This document shows positions 1 through 10,740 of a DNA stretch of 64,000 nucleotides, piece by piece. The first letter of the stretch is position 1. The number at the start of each line of letters is the position of its first letter. The notes under the pieces are model-generated. The model saw only the letters and a program-made list of their open reading frames with translations. It did no database searches and was not told the DNA's origin. A program made the position numbers and the translations under genes. This stretch comes from a virus (lineage: Duplodnaviria; Caudoviricetes): positions 71,534-135,533 of IMG/VR virus record IMGVR_UViG_2524614847_000004; one strand, written 5' to 3'.

Positions 1-2
1 AG

Positions 3-956
3 ATTAGGAAAGAGCGAATTAAATTACAGACCGCAAATATTGAGCGAAGTCGCGTAGACCGAAATGTTTCAAGACAGGAAATGTACTATGAGTTCGTCGG
101 AAATCTATGTAATACTCTTCCACTTCCTGAATTTTATCCTGTGTCGATTCCACGTGATGAAGACAAACGGTATTTAGTTACAATTGCAGATGTTCACTAT
201 GGTGCAAAATTCATAAGTGAGAATAACGAATATTCTCCAGAAATCGCAAGAGAAAGATTCGAAAGCCTTACCGGTGAATTAATTAATTTCGTAAGGCATA
301 ATGCTGTAAGTACTATTTATATTGCAAGTTTGGGCGATCTGATACAGGGATTATTGAGAGTTAGTGATTTAAAACTAAACGATACGTCAGTCGTAAAGGC
401 TACAGTTGAGATTAGCCGTATTATAGCTCTAATGTTGAATGAATTATCCGCATATGTAAATATTGAATATTATCACGTTCCAAATGCAAACCATAGCCAA
501 ACTCGTCCGCTTGGCACTAAGGCGAGTGAAATTGCAGATGAAGACATGGAATATCTGATTGGTAATTACATAAAGGACTTATGTTCTAGCAACGATAGAA
601 TCCATATAAATCTTGCTGAAGAGGGGAAACAATATATTCAGATACCAATATATTCCTATGAAATCATAGCAATGCATGGGCATCAGCTGAAAAATATAGA
701 ATCGTCCATCAAAGATTTAAGTATGTTGAGACGTACTTTTCTTGATTACGTAATCCTCGGACATTATCATGGAGGACGAGAAATACCAAGTTATGAAGGT
801 TGCTGCAATGACACTGAAATTCTGGTGTCTCCATCATTTATTGGTTCCGATCCATATAGCGATTCTATTATGAAAGGTAGTAAGGCCGCTGTAAAGATAT
901 ATGGTTTTGATGATTTGTATGGACACACAGAAACATATAAGATTATTTTAAATTAA
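3..956 (+). CDS. Calcineurin-like metallophosphoesterase, 5' end outside the window
   Basis: DVHYG, GDLIQG, NH, HGH and GHYH motifs; frame is open back to position 3. Confidence 0.8.
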   Translation: MRKERIKLQTANIERSRVDRNVSRQEMYYEFVGNLCNTLPLPEFYPVSIPRDEDKRYLVTIADVHYGAKFISENNEYSPEIARERFESLTGELINFVRHNAVSTIYIASLGDLIQGLLRVSDLKLNDTSVVKATVEISRIIALMLNELSAYVNIEYYHVPNANHSQTRPLGTKASEIADEDMEYLIGNYIKDLCSSNDRIHINLAEEGKQYIQIPIYSYEIIAMHGHQLKNIESSIKDLSMLRRTFLDYVILGHYHGGREIPSYEGCCNDTEILVSPSFIGSDPYSDSIMKGSKAAVKIYGFDDLYGHTETYKIILN

Positions 957-971
957 ACATACATTTTATGT

Positions 972-997
972 TGAATCGCTATAGGCGGTTCTTTTTT
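972..997 (+). terminator. Intrinsic terminator
   Basis: gaatcgc-tatag-gcggttc followed by a T-tract. Confidence 0.6.
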
Positions 998-1020
998 AAT
1001 TCCCAAAAAGAGGTGTATTT

Positions 1021-1215
1021 ATGAATGACTTTAAAACAATTGATACTTTAACAAAATTTCAAGAGATAGCTAGCAAGAATAATGTTTCAGAAGATGATAG
1101 GGATTATGTTAGATATTTCCCATTAAAAATTGCAGAGTCTATTCTTTATGATTTAGGAGATGCCGAAGCGATTAGAATTGCAAATGCTATTATGGCAGTA
1201 GCAGAAAAGTCGTGA
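1021..1215 (+). CDS. Hypothetical phage protein
   Basis: ORF with a GAGGTG Shine-Dalgarno. Confidence 0.6.
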   Translation: MNDFKTIDTLTKFQEIASKNNVSEDDRDYVRYFPLKIAESILYDLGDAEAIRIANAIMAVAEKS

Positions 1216-1287
1216 CTGCTGTGCGGTCAAGTATGGGGTAGCTACTACCCTCTCTCATTATTTTAAAATACAAGGAGATTTTTATAT

Positions 1288-1560
1288 ATGAACAAACCAG
1301 AATTAATTACCGCTATTGTAACTAAGACAAATTTACAGGTAAAAGATACAGAAACATTTTTAAAGGCATTAACAGAAGTTGTAACCGAGGAATTGGTAAA
1401 GGGTGAAAAGGTTCAGTTGGTTGGATTTGGCACATTTGAAGTTGTCGAAAGAGCAGCTAGAGAAGGTCGGAATCCTAAGACTGGCGAAACACTTCACATC
1501 GAAGCGTCAAAAACGCCCAAATTTAAAGCCGGCAAAGCGTTAAAAGAAGCCGTAAAGTAA
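1288..1560 (+). CDS. hup: HU family DNA-binding protein
   Basis: MNKPELI...VQLVGFGTFEV..RAAREGRNPKTGE..PKFKAGKALKEAV signature. Confidence 0.95.
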   Translation: MNKPELITAIVTKTNLQVKDTETFLKALTEVVTEELVKGEKVQLVGFGTFEVVERAAREGRNPKTGETLHIEASKTPKFKAGKALKEAVK

Positions 1561-1572
1561 GGGGTGATATGA

Positions 1573-1716
1573 ATGTTTGACATTATAACGAAGACAATCG
1601 GCCTTACAGATGACGAAGTATCCATCTTGAAAGAAGTTCTTGAAACTCGCCAAGATACATGCGTGTCTATTGGAGAAACGGTGACTATCGAAGGACTTTT
1701 GGAGAAGTTAGATTAA
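1573..1716 (+). CDS. Small hypothetical protein, 47 aa (not in the ORF track)
   Basis: GGGGTGA SD then ATG; MFDIITKTIGLTDDEV...LEKLD. Confidence 0.5.
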   Translation: MFDIITKTIGLTDDEVSILKEVLETRQDTCVSIGETVTIEGLLEKLD

Positions 1717-1770
1717 TTACGAAATACATGTTTTTATGTATAAATATAACACATAAAGGAGTGAATACAC

Positions 1771-1986
1771 ATGATTTATGATTACGAAAAAGAAGTAATT
1801 ACATTTGAAAGCCCGGCAGAGGAAGCCGATTATAAGGCACATATGGCTGAATATGGCCCGGAAGCTGGCCCGGCAGCTGGCAAGTCTCATCCCGATGATT
1901 GCCCGTATTGTGCAGCTCGTGGTTGGAATACCTTCCCTGGTACATCTTTCAAAGAAGAGTGTGCTAGGAGAAAAGCACAGCAGTAA
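1771..1986 (+). CDS. Small hypothetical protein with H-x3-C-x2-C motif (moron-like)
   Basis: AAGGAG SD, AT-rich upstream region, downstream hairpin with T-tract at 1991-2026. Confidence 0.6.
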   Translation: MIYDYEKEVITFESPAEEADYKAHMAEYGPEAGPAAGKSHPDDCPYCAARGWNTFPGTSFKEECARRKAQQ

Positions 1987-2103
1987 TTTAGGAAGTGTAG
2001 ATGTAACAATCTACTCTTCTATTTTTGTATTGAATAGCGATTTGCTTGAGAATTTGGAGCCATTGAAGGCTCTATTTATTTTGTTAAGAATGGAGGTGAG
2101 ACT

Positions 2104-3180
2104 TTGGCTACGGTAGGAAAAACCAAAGAAGATATTGTACGTGAGTCAATGAACTCACCAAAAGAAATTGATACAAGCGTTGAATTTAAGATACCAAGAT
2201 CTCCACAACTGTACGATCCAGAGAAACATAAATATAAATGCTCTTGTTGTGGAAGAGGATATACAACTCAAAATGGCAATTTTCAAAAAACTAATGACGT
2301 GTTGTTTCAAGCAAATGATGGATATTTACCTTGGTGCAAAGACTGTACTGACGCTTATGTGGTGCAAACTACTGCCCTATTTTCAAATAATGAAGAATTA
2401 GCCATGAAAGATTTTTGCCAAAGAGCTGGATGGAACTACGATTTAACCGCATTGGTTGCATCTAGGGAAACATATAGTGGACATCGAAATCGTTCCAGAA
2501 TCTCTCATTATGCGGCCAAGAAGAATTTGAATTGTGAAGGTAGAAAAACATATATAGATTCTCTGAAATTTAATTATAACAATCGAAGTGTTGACACTAT
2601 CAACTCTATCGAAGATGTTAAAGAGTCCAAAACCGTCAAGTTGAAAACCGTAAAATTTTTTGGGGCAGGTTTTCCAGATGATGATTATCCATATCTTCAA
2701 GAGCAATATGATGATTGGACAAGTAGGTGCGAGTGTAAAACAAAAGCTCAAGAAGAGGTTTTTAAAAGAATCTGTTTTAAGCAACTGGAGATTTTAAAGG
2801 CTAACAGGGCAGGAAAAGACACCAAGGACTTAGACAAAACATTTCAAGATTATTTGGATACTGCTAATCTTAAACCAAAGCAGAATAATTTAGACGTACT
2901 TTCAGATGCTCAGACATTTGGTACGCTATTAGCAAAATGGGAAACTGAAAGACCTCTTCCAGATATAGATGAGGAATTACAAGATATTGATAAAATAGGC
3001 TTATATATTGATGTATTTTTTCGTGGGCATCTAGCTAAAATGATGGGACTCAAAAATGGACTGTCAAATCTTTACTCTAAGTTTATTAAAGAATATACTG
3101 TTGAGCGCCCAGAATATCAAGGTGATGAAGATAATGAAGCGTTGTTTGATGCAATTTTCGGAAGCAAGAATGATGAGTAG
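2104..3180 (+). CDS. Zn-finger protein upstream of terminase; probable terminase small subunit
   Basis: CxCC/CxxC motifs; directly precedes terL as in SPbeta-like phages. Confidence 0.55.
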   Translation: MATVGKTKEDIVRESMNSPKEIDTSVEFKIPRSPQLYDPEKHKYKCSCCGRGYTTQNGNFQKTNDVLFQANDGYLPWCKDCTDAYVVQTTALFSNNEELAMKDFCQRAGWNYDLTALVASRETYSGHRNRSRISHYAAKKNLNCEGRKTYIDSLKFNYNNRSVDTINSIEDVKESKTVKLKTVKFFGAGFPDDDYPYLQEQYDDWTSRCECKTKAQEEVFKRICFKQLEILKANRAGKDTKDLDKTFQDYLDTANLKPKQNNLDVLSDAQTFGTLLAKWETERPLPDIDEELQDIDKIGLYIDVFFRGHLAKMMGLKNGLSNLYSKFIKEYTVERPEYQGDEDNEALFDAIFGSKNDE

Positions 3181-3188
3181 GTGATACC

Positions 3189-4958
3189 ATGTCCGAAAAT
3201 CGTAAAATGACAACAAAAGAAGTAGCTAACGAAAAAGCCGAGCGTATGATGAATGGTGTTGCTTATTGGGGCGCATTCTATCGAAAAAACCCTCAGCGAT
3301 TTTGTAAAGATTATTTAAACATACATTTAAAGCTTTTTCAAAAAATATTGCTTTATGCAATGATGGTGAACAACTATTTTATGTTTTGTGCGAGTCGTGG
3401 TCTTGGTAAAACTTGGCTAACGGCTCTTTTTTGTATAGTAAGATGTATTTTATTCCCTGGTACAAAAATATGTGTCGCCAGTTCTACTAGAGTACAGGCG
3501 AACGAGGTGCTTTTAAAAATAACAGATGATTTTTGTAAAAACTATGATTGGGGATCTGACTTATTAAACAATGAAATATCAAATAAATCAGTCGGACAAA
3601 ATAATGCAGTTATAGAGTTCAAAAATGGGTCATGGATTAGAGTTGTTACGGCTTCAGATAACGGACGTGGAGCAAGAGCCAACATCCTTATCGTCGATGA
3701 ATTCCGTATGGTAGATTTAGATGTTATAAATACAGTTCTTCGTAAATTTCTTACCGCGCCTCGTAGCCCTGGGTATCTCAATAAGAAAGAATATGAATTA
3801 CTAACAGAACGTAACAAAGAAATATATATGTCGAGTTGCTGGTATAAGAGTCACTGGTCTTTTGAAAAAGCCAAAGCATATGTTGTGAATTTTCTAGACG
3901 CATCTAAGAAGTATTTTATTTGTGGTCTTCCATATCAAATTGCGATTAAAGAAAATCTTCTATCGAGAGAACAGGTTGAAGATGAGATGTCTGAAACCGA
4001 TTTTGATGAAACCAAGTTTAGTATGGAAATGGGATGCTTTTGGTATGGAGACACTGGAGACGCTTTTTTCTCTTTCGATGATGTTTCGAAACGAAGAAAA
4101 ATTCAAAATGCAATGTATCCTCCATCTGATAAATACAAGGTTCCTGATTTGGCAATTAATGAAAGAAGAATATTATCGGTAGACGTTGCTTTAATGGCTT
4201 CAAAAAAGAACAAGAATAATGACGCTAGTTCTATTATCGTGAACAGTTGTTTACAAACCTCTAATAATAATTATATTTCAAATATTGTATATTCCGAGAA
4301 TCATGAGGGTTTGACAACAGACGAATTAGGAATTATTGTAATGAGGCTCTTCTATTCTATGAAATGTACTGATTTAGTTCTAGACTCTGGTGGAAACGGA
4401 CTTGGGGTATATGATTTCATTATAAAAAATCAGTTTGACCCAGATACAGGAGAGCCGTATCGGGCAATGACATGTTGTAATAATAAAGATATGGAAGATC
4501 GATGTAAAATAAGAGACGCAAACAGGGTGGTGTGGTGTATTAAAGCAACTCAACAGTTCAACAACGAAATGTGTACAATGCTTAGAAGTGGATTTAAAAG
4601 TGGTAAAATAAATCTTCTCGTATCTGAATTTGAAGCCGAAGAAATTCTTCGAGATAAAATTAAAGGTTTTACAAAATTATCTCTGGCTGAACAAACAGAC
4701 AAAAAAATGCCTTACATACAAACAACTTTATTAATTTATGAGTTGATCAAGCTAAACAGTAAAATAAAAGGGTCTGTAGTAAAAATTGAAGAACAATCAG
4801 GCGAAAGAAAAGATAGATATAGTAGCATCGGAATGAATTACTGGGTTACAAGACAAATTGAGATCAACCAAAAACCAGAATTAGATGAGGTTAATACTAA
4901 GAGACTTACTTCTCTTGCTAGAAAACCTAAACTATACTCTTACTCAAAAGGAAGGTGA
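3189..4958 (+). CDS. terL: Terminase large subunit
   Basis: Walker A SRGLGKT, Walker B ILIVDE, nuclease SVDVA...KDRYSS. Confidence 0.92.
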   Translation: MSENRKMTTKEVANEKAERMMNGVAYWGAFYRKNPQRFCKDYLNIHLKLFQKILLYAMMVNNYFMFCASRGLGKTWLTALFCIVRCILFPGTKICVASSTRVQANEVLLKITDDFCKNYDWGSDLLNNEISNKSVGQNNAVIEFKNGSWIRVVTASDNGRGARANILIVDEFRMVDLDVINTVLRKFLTAPRSPGYLNKKEYELLTERNKEIYMSSCWYKSHWSFEKAKAYVVNFLDASKKYFICGLPYQIAIKENLLSREQVEDEMSETDFDETKFSMEMGCFWYGDTGDAFFSFDDVSKRRKIQNAMYPPSDKYKVPDLAINERRILSVDVALMASKKNKNNDASSIIVNSCLQTSNNNYISNIVYSENHEGLTTDELGIIVMRLFYSMKCTDLVLDSGGNGLGVYDFIIKNQFDPDTGEPYRAMTCCNNKDMEDRCKIRDANRVVWCIKATQQFNNEMCTMLRSGFKSGKINLLVSEFEAEEILRDKIKGFTKLSLAEQTDKKMPYIQTTLLIYELIKLNSKIKGSVVKIEEQSGERKDRYSSIGMNYWVTRQIEINQKPELDEVNTKRLTSLARKPKLYSYSKGR

Positions 4959-6502
4959 TTATCATAGAAACAGACAAAAATAAAGTAACTTCAACTAGCA
5001 TTCAAGATCAAAAATTAAAAGACGAAAAAAGTTTGAATGATTTCTATAATGGTAAATCATCTTCTTTTGATTATTCCTCTTTAAAACGACTTGTTCTAGC
5101 TGAGTTGAGTTACAATAACTCAATTAAATATAATCGTATTTGCGGTTTTACAAGGAAGCAAATTCTTAACATGATTCAATCTCCTGAAAGATATGGAGAT
5201 TACATATTACGATTATCTCAATACATGATGTTGAAAAGCGGATACTATAAGAGATTAATTGACTACTTTGCAAATATGGGAATTGTAAATTGGACTGTTG
5301 ACACTGAAGTAGTTGATGCCAAATTTTTCAATGTAAGCGAAAAGACTCTGCGAAATAATTATATAAAATTTTGTAACCAGTGCAGTTTATTCAGATTAGA
5401 GACGAATATAACTTCAATCTTAAAAAAGATGTTCGTAGAAGACGTGTGTTATGGATTTTTAGAGGAATCAGATTTTGACACCTCTATATTTTTTATTGAT
5501 CCTAGATATTGTGAGATTACAAAAAATGTAAATGGCAATGTTTATCAGTTTGCAATAAATAGATCTTTGTTGACTGACAATTACATAAAATCTCTTCCTA
5601 AATCTCTTCAAGTTTTACTAGAAGAATCAACAATTAACCTCAATAATCTGGTACAGGTTCCATACGAAAACTCTATATGTTTGAAGTATAATAATGATGT
5701 TACATATCCTTATCCACCGTTCTTTAATCTGATTTCCGATATTTTATTAATAGATGATTATAAGGATTTGGCAAAAGCTAAAACCGAGTCAGATGCTTAT
5801 AAATTAGTTTATTTTAAAATACCAACTAATGATGATGGTAAAATTTCGATGGGTGATGAAATTGTAGTACCATTCGTTGAAATGACAAAAGATATTATTC
5901 CTGAAACTTGGGGCGTTGTACCATCTCCAATGGACTTGCAATTAGTTGAATCAAAGTCAACGGTGTCAGACGATACGAATAAAGTGCAAGAAGCTGTGGA
6001 TTCGTATTATGGAGAAGCGGGGGTATCAAAATCGTTAATTTCATCTGCGTCTAGTGGGTCTGAACTAAAATTATCAATAAAAGTTGATTCATCTGATATG
6101 TATAGGATTTATCGTATGATCGAAAATTGGATGGACTTACAGTTAAAGTTAAGAGGATTTATTTTTGAGGCATATCGTTTCGTTTATGATATCTTAGATA
6201 TTACCATATATGACTCTCAAGACGCTATAGACAAAGAATTGAAACTTGCTCAGGTATCTGTTCCAAATAAAATGAGACTGCTTGCAACTATGGGGATTAA
6301 TCCCTTAAAACTATTAGGAAATAGTGTGATTGAAAATACAATCTTTAAAGATGTATTTGAGGGTTGGAAGCCGTTACAGTCTTCGTTTACTCAAGGAGGA
6401 AGTGATAAACAAGGTAGGCCTCCCAAAGATGAAACTGAAATATCAGATGTAACGGATACTCAGCGTAACAATGATTCAAATAATACGGACAATCGTATAT
6501 AG
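4955..6502 (+). CDS. Portal protein (true start possibly ATA at 4964)
   Basis: About 515 aa directly after terL; C-terminal GRP motif typical of portals. Confidence 0.75.
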   Translation: MIIIETDKNKVTSTSIQDQKLKDEKSLNDFYNGKSSSFDYSSLKRLVLAELSYNNSIKYNRICGFTRKQILNMIQSPERYGDYILRLSQYMMLKSGYYKRLIDYFANMGIVNWTVDTEVVDAKFFNVSEKTLRNNYIKFCNQCSLFRLETNITSILKKMFVEDVCYGFLEESDFDTSIFFIDPRYCEITKNVNGNVYQFAINRSLLTDNYIKSLPKSLQVLLEESTINLNNLVQVPYENSICLKYNNDVTYPYPPFFNLISDILLIDDYKDLAKAKTESDAYKLVYFKIPTNDDGKISMGDEIVVPFVEMTKDIIPETWGVVPSPMDLQLVESKSTVSDDTNKVQEAVDSYYGEAGVSKSLISSASSGSELKLSIKVDSSDMYRIYRMIENWMDLQLKLRGFIFEAYRFVYDILDITIYDSQDAIDKELKLAQVSVPNKMRLLATMGINPLKLLGNSVIENTIFKDVFEGWKPLQSSFTQGGSDKQGRPPKDETEISDVTDTQRNNDSNNTDNRI

Positions 6503-6519
6503 TGAAGGCTGGTGAAACA

Positions 6520-6708
6520 TTGGGTGTTATTATTGTGGTTAATTATGACGTTGCAGAAGAACTAAGATTGTTAGGGTACAATTATTCAAAAATACATACT
6601 AGTAATTGTATATTATATCAATTCATAGAGTCTGAGAGTTTGCGAAAGGAACTGTTATCAAAATATGATAATGGTTCTTTTTTTGTGTCAAAAAATATTT
6701 GTTATTGA
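6520..6708 (+). CDS. Small hypothetical protein
   Basis: GGTGA SD then TTG; lies between portal and scaffold. Confidence 0.55.
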   Translation: MGVIIVVNYDVAEELRLLGYNYSKIHTSNCILYQFIESESLRKELLSKYDNGSFFVSKNICY

Positions 6709-6726
6709 AAGGGGTGAAAGTTTTTC

Positions 6727-8127
6727 TTGGATAAAAAGATAGTCAGATATGAAACAGAAATTAAGATCTTAGATTCGTCAATAAAAGTATTAAATCCACA
6801 GTTCAGCTTATGTGATGTTCTGGTCTGTTACCATGGAGATAATCGAAATTATACATCTTTACCAAAAAAGATTATTGAAGATAATCTATATTCAATATAC
6901 GGAGTTCCCATCATTGGTGAGTGGATTTATAAACTTGATGGAACAGATGAAAAAACATGGGGTTCTCATGGAGGAAGAATAATTCTTGATGATAATGGGA
7001 TTCACTTTGAGCAGACCACAAGGCCCTTTGGATTTGTAACAAAAGAAGCCGCAGATAATGCAACTTGGGTCACTATTACCGAAAAAGATGGTCATACAAA
7101 ACATGAGTATTTAAAACTATCTGGATGTATCTTATGGACAGATAGATATGAAGAGTCTAAAACAATTTTAGATGATAATTATGGTCAATCAATGGAAATT
7201 GAAATTCCAAAAGGTCATTATAGAAATGACAACTATTTTGAAGCAGAGAAAATCACATTCTCTGCTCTTTGTATTTTAGGAACTAATGTTGAGCCTTGTT
7301 TCGAATCTGCATGCATAGGTAGGCATTATAATTTGGATTCGTTCAAGATGGAGTACTCTCTTATGCTTGATGAATATAAAAAAATTAACGAAGAAAATAA
7401 AAATGAGGAGGTAAATTGTAAGATGAACTTTGACAAAATCAAAGATCTTATTTCAACTTACTCTTATGGAGAGAATGAAAGTCCCAAATATTCATTAATT
7501 GGTAATACAACAGAACATGACTTTACCGTTATTGATATGGAGGACGGATTCAAAATCTATAAGATTGAGTATACAGTTGACAATGAAGAAATTGTTGTCG
7601 ATTGGGAGTCAAAAGTTGAAATGAATTTTTCACTGATTGAAAAGGCTGGTGACATGTCTGATGTAAGCAAAGCTGTTGAGGTTATTGCAGATAAGATGTA
7701 TGAGATGAGAGCAGAAAATTTGACTGCTGATTTAAACTCTAAAATTGACGAAATGGCACAGGAATATTCAAATGTCACAAATGAATTGAACGCCGCTAAT
7801 GAAAAGATTAGGTCATATGAAAGTAAAGAGGCAAAAGTTAAAATGGATAACCATAAAGCAGAAGTTGAGGAAATCATCAAAAATTATTCTGCTAAGTTGG
7901 GCAGATTTCCTAAGTTCTTAATATATAAAGCGAAACTGAATCCTGAAACTATTTCTGTTGACAAATTAACAGAAGATTTAACCTTAATGGCTGGTGAAGC
8001 AATGATGAATGGAAGAAAGGATTTTTCTTATACTCCAAATGAAGTTGATGCCCCCAAAAAGAAATCATATTCAGACAATAGCGCAAATCGCTATGGCAAT
8101 TTACTTGACAAGTACAGAAACATGTAA
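6727..8127 (+). CDS. Prohead protease/scaffold protein
   Basis: QSMEI..FSALCILG..VEPCFESA N-terminal domain plus coiled-coil C-terminus; position before capsid genes. Confidence 0.7.
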   Translation: MDKKIVRYETEIKILDSSIKVLNPQFSLCDVLVCYHGDNRNYTSLPKKIIEDNLYSIYGVPIIGEWIYKLDGTDEKTWGSHGGRIILDDNGIHFEQTTRPFGFVTKEAADNATWVTITEKDGHTKHEYLKLSGCILWTDRYEESKTILDDNYGQSMEIEIPKGHYRNDNYFEAEKITFSALCILGTNVEPCFESACIGRHYNLDSFKMEYSLMLDEYKKINEENKNEEVNCKMNFDKIKDLISTYSYGENESPKYSLIGNTTEHDFTVIDMEDGFKIYKIEYTVDNEEIVVDWESKVEMNFSLIEKAGDMSDVSKAVEVIADKMYEMRAENLTADLNSKIDEMAQEYSNVTNELNAANEKIRSYESKEAKVKMDNHKAEVEEIIKNYSAKLGRFPKFLIYKAKLNPETISVDKLTEDLTLMAGEAMMNGRKDFSYTPNEVDAPKKKSYSDNSANRYGNLLDKYRNM

Positions 8128-8144
8128 AATAGGAGGATTTAAAA

Positions 8145-8711
8145 ATGGCATATAACGTAGTAGAGACAACGAATTTATATGGGAGCAAGGCTCTCTCATT
8201 TCAGGCAACAACCAACATAGAAAATGGTTTTTTAATTGCCAAAGGCGATCTTGTTACGGGAGAAACAGAAGTTTACACAGCGAAAGTACCTACTGCAACA
8301 GATGAAGTGTATCTAGTTGCTAATCCCGCTTGGAGTTATAACGATGATAGAGCAACTGATCAGAATGAGGAGAATTTTATTAATAAGGCGGGAATTGCTT
8401 TTAGAGGTCGCCAGTTAAAGAAAGACAATAAGTTTAAAGTGTATAGCTATGGAATCACCCCTATCGCTGAAGGGACACCGGTTGCAGAGGGACAGTTTAT
8501 TACGATTGACGGAACTACACATAAACCCAAAGCAGTTGCATCTGCTCCCGAAGGTGGCTTTTATGGAAAAGTAACTGCTGTTGATACAATTGGATTCCCT
8601 TATTGCGTTGGTTCTCTTGGAACTTCAACCACGCTTGGCGGAGAAAATATGGGATATACCGTAGACACCACAGTAACAAAAGTAACCATTGAAGTCGTAA
8701 AAAATGTTTAA
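8145..8711 (+). CDS. Head decoration/cement-like structural protein
   Basis: Beta-rich 188 aa protein between scaffold and major capsid. Confidence 0.55.
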   Translation: MAYNVVETTNLYGSKALSFQATTNIENGFLIAKGDLVTGETEVYTAKVPTATDEVYLVANPAWSYNDDRATDQNEENFINKAGIAFRGRQLKKDNKFKVYSYGITPIAEGTPVAEGQFITIDGTTHKPKAVASAPEGGFYGKVTAVDTIGFPYCVGSLGTSTTLGGENMGYTVDTTVTKVTIEVVKNV

Positions 8712-8727
8712 TTTGGAGGAAGCGTAA

Positions 8728-9744
8728 ATGAAGGGATACTTATTAGAATTAACAAACTTAATGAATGATTCTCTGTCTAACAGAGTTGCACTTTTTGATG
8801 TAAACGCAAGCAAATATACCGATCAGGCAATTAGAGAGGCGTTTTTTGAAATTCTAGGTGACGAAAAGCTCACATGGCAGGGTTGGAGAAATCATAAGAA
8901 CGAAATATTTACCGTAATGGAAACCGTTCTTACTACTAATCTCCCACTAGCTTGGGAAAATTCTACGTTTTACGATCAGTTTGTGGAAACAAAAAACGGC
9001 GCACTTGGAGATAAGAATGAATTCGTAGTAGAAGACAATTCTATTCTTGTTGCAAGTAGATTTGCCGGTAATTATTGGTCTACCGATCGCACGAAGTTAC
9101 AGGGTAAAAAGTCTTTTGGACTTGCAACAGAGTGGATTTTCTTGCACATCTATGATGAGCTTGAAAGATTCTTAAAGGGAACTACCACTCTTGCTGATAT
9201 GATTGGCAAGTTACAGAAAGGGTTCCAGAACGAAATTGACACAAGAATTTTTACTGCATTTAACGGCGCAGGAACATACTTACCAGCTAAATTTCAGGAA
9301 TCCGGTGCTTATGATAGATCTACTATGGCGGATCTGATTGAAAGAGTTCAGAAAGCCTCCCAGAAAAATGTTGTATTAGCTGGTACTCGTACTGCGCTTG
9401 CACAGATTGTTGAAGGTATGGATTCTAAGTTAATCTCAGATTCTCAGAAAGAGGAATTTGCAACAAAGGGTTGCATTTTAAGTCTTACAGGTCTTGGCGT
9501 TAGTGCAATCATGATTCCACAGGCGTTAGTTCGTGGCACGTATGATTTTAAGGTCGACAACAATGTAATTTACGTCCTTCCTGATTCTGAGAAACCTATC
9601 AAGTTATATTTTGAGGGAGACACCAGAGCAAGAGAAATTCAGCCGAATGAGTCTGAAGATATGACCATGGATACTCAGGTTCAAACAAAGCTGGGTTGCG
9701 CTACTGTATTCAGTAATCTCATTGGTAGATATCAGTTGGCATAA
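8728..9744 (+). CDS. Major capsid protein
   Basis: 338 aa, strong SD, expected position, followed by a terminator. Confidence 0.75.
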   Translation: MKGYLLELTNLMNDSLSNRVALFDVNASKYTDQAIREAFFEILGDEKLTWQGWRNHKNEIFTVMETVLTTNLPLAWENSTFYDQFVETKNGALGDKNEFVVEDNSILVASRFAGNYWSTDRTKLQGKKSFGLATEWIFLHIYDELERFLKGTTTLADMIGKLQKGFQNEIDTRIFTAFNGAGTYLPAKFQESGAYDRSTMADLIERVQKASQKNVVLAGTRTALAQIVEGMDSKLISDSQKEEFATKGCILSLTGLGVSAIMIPQALVRGTYDFKVDNNVIYVLPDSEKPIKLYFEGDTRAREIQPNESEDMTMDTQVQTKLGCATVFSNLIGRYQLA

Positions 9745-9758
9745 TTATAACACTTTTC

Positions 9759-9786
9759 GCAGCATCTTAATTGGTGCTGCTTTTTA
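9759..9786 (+). terminator. Intrinsic terminator after capsid gene
   Basis: gcagcatc-ttaatt-ggtgctgc followed by T6. Confidence 0.7.
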
Positions 9787-9799
9787 ACGAGGTAATAAT

Positions 9800-10003
9800 A
9801 TGGAAAAAGAAAAAACAAATCCATTTTTCCATTGTTACTCTTTTAAATTATGTTATTTCCTTAAATCACAAGGATTCAGCTATGTTTCCAAAGATAAAAA
9901 TAATAAGAATAATTTGACATTCTACAAATTTATTAAATCGAATGACTTAAACATAGCAATTGGTAAATGGAATGATTTAAAAGACAAATCTAAGGAGGTA
10001 TAA
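9800..10003 (+). CDS. DUF5659-like small protein
   Basis: F.CYS.KL..FL...G pattern. Confidence 0.5.
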   Translation: MEKEKTNPFFHCYSFKLCYFLKSQGFSYVSKDKNNKNNLTFYKFIKSNDLNIAIGKWNDLKDKSKEV

Positions 10004-10006
10004 AAT

Positions 10007-10726
10007 ATGGATTATAATTCAAAAGAATTAGATGAATTAAAAGAGATTGCTAAAACCAGAGGAATTAAGTGTGGAAATATTAGCAAAGATAAATTAATCG
10101 AAAAGCTAAAAGACAACGACGCAGCTAATTTCGCAAATACAACAGATGATGACTTGTCAGAAGAAAAAATAGAGCAGGTAAAAACAGAAAAGAAATCAAG
10201 CGGTTCTCTTCTATCAGCCATTTCAGAAACTATCGATGAATTAGACGAGTCAGTTGATGATGAAGATGATTATGATGACACGCTTGCACTTGATACTTCC
10301 ATTCCGGTTAAGTCCATAACATTTGGAGGATTGACATATAAATCACGTACAAGTGGAGCAGTTTACAGATGGAATCAAATCGGTGCGATTCAGTACATGA
10401 CTGTTACTGAGTTAAATGAAATGAACAATTATAAACCATCGTTCCTCAACAAACCGTTTGTGATTCTTATGGATGAACGAGCTATTAAGAAATTTAGGCT
10501 TACACCTGTATATGAAAATGTCGCTAAAGTGAACAATCTTCGCGCAGTTTTTAATTCTGATATGCAGACTATCGAAAAGGTGATTGATGATGCATTAAGA
10601 GTTAACATGCGAGACATTTTAATCAGCAAGGTTCGTCAGATGTATAAGACTAAAAAATTAGTAGATATAAATATCATTCGCCTTCTTGAAAAAAAGATGC
10701 AGTTCGATTTATCTGATTCAGAATAA
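10007..10726 (+). CDS. Hypothetical protein with N-terminal Rho-N/SAP-like motif
   Basis: ELKEIAKTRGIK...KDKLIEKL. Confidence 0.55.
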   Translation: MDYNSKELDELKEIAKTRGIKCGNISKDKLIEKLKDNDAANFANTTDDDLSEEKIEQVKTEKKSSGSLLSAISETIDELDESVDDEDDYDDTLALDTSIPVKSITFGGLTYKSRTSGAVYRWNQIGAIQYMTVTELNEMNNYKPSFLNKPFVILMDERAIKKFRLTPVYENVAKVNNLRAVFNSDMQTIEKVIDDALRVNMRDILISKVRQMYKTKKLVDINIIRLLEKKMQFDLSDSE

Positions 10727-10740
10727 TTTGAGGTGGACGA

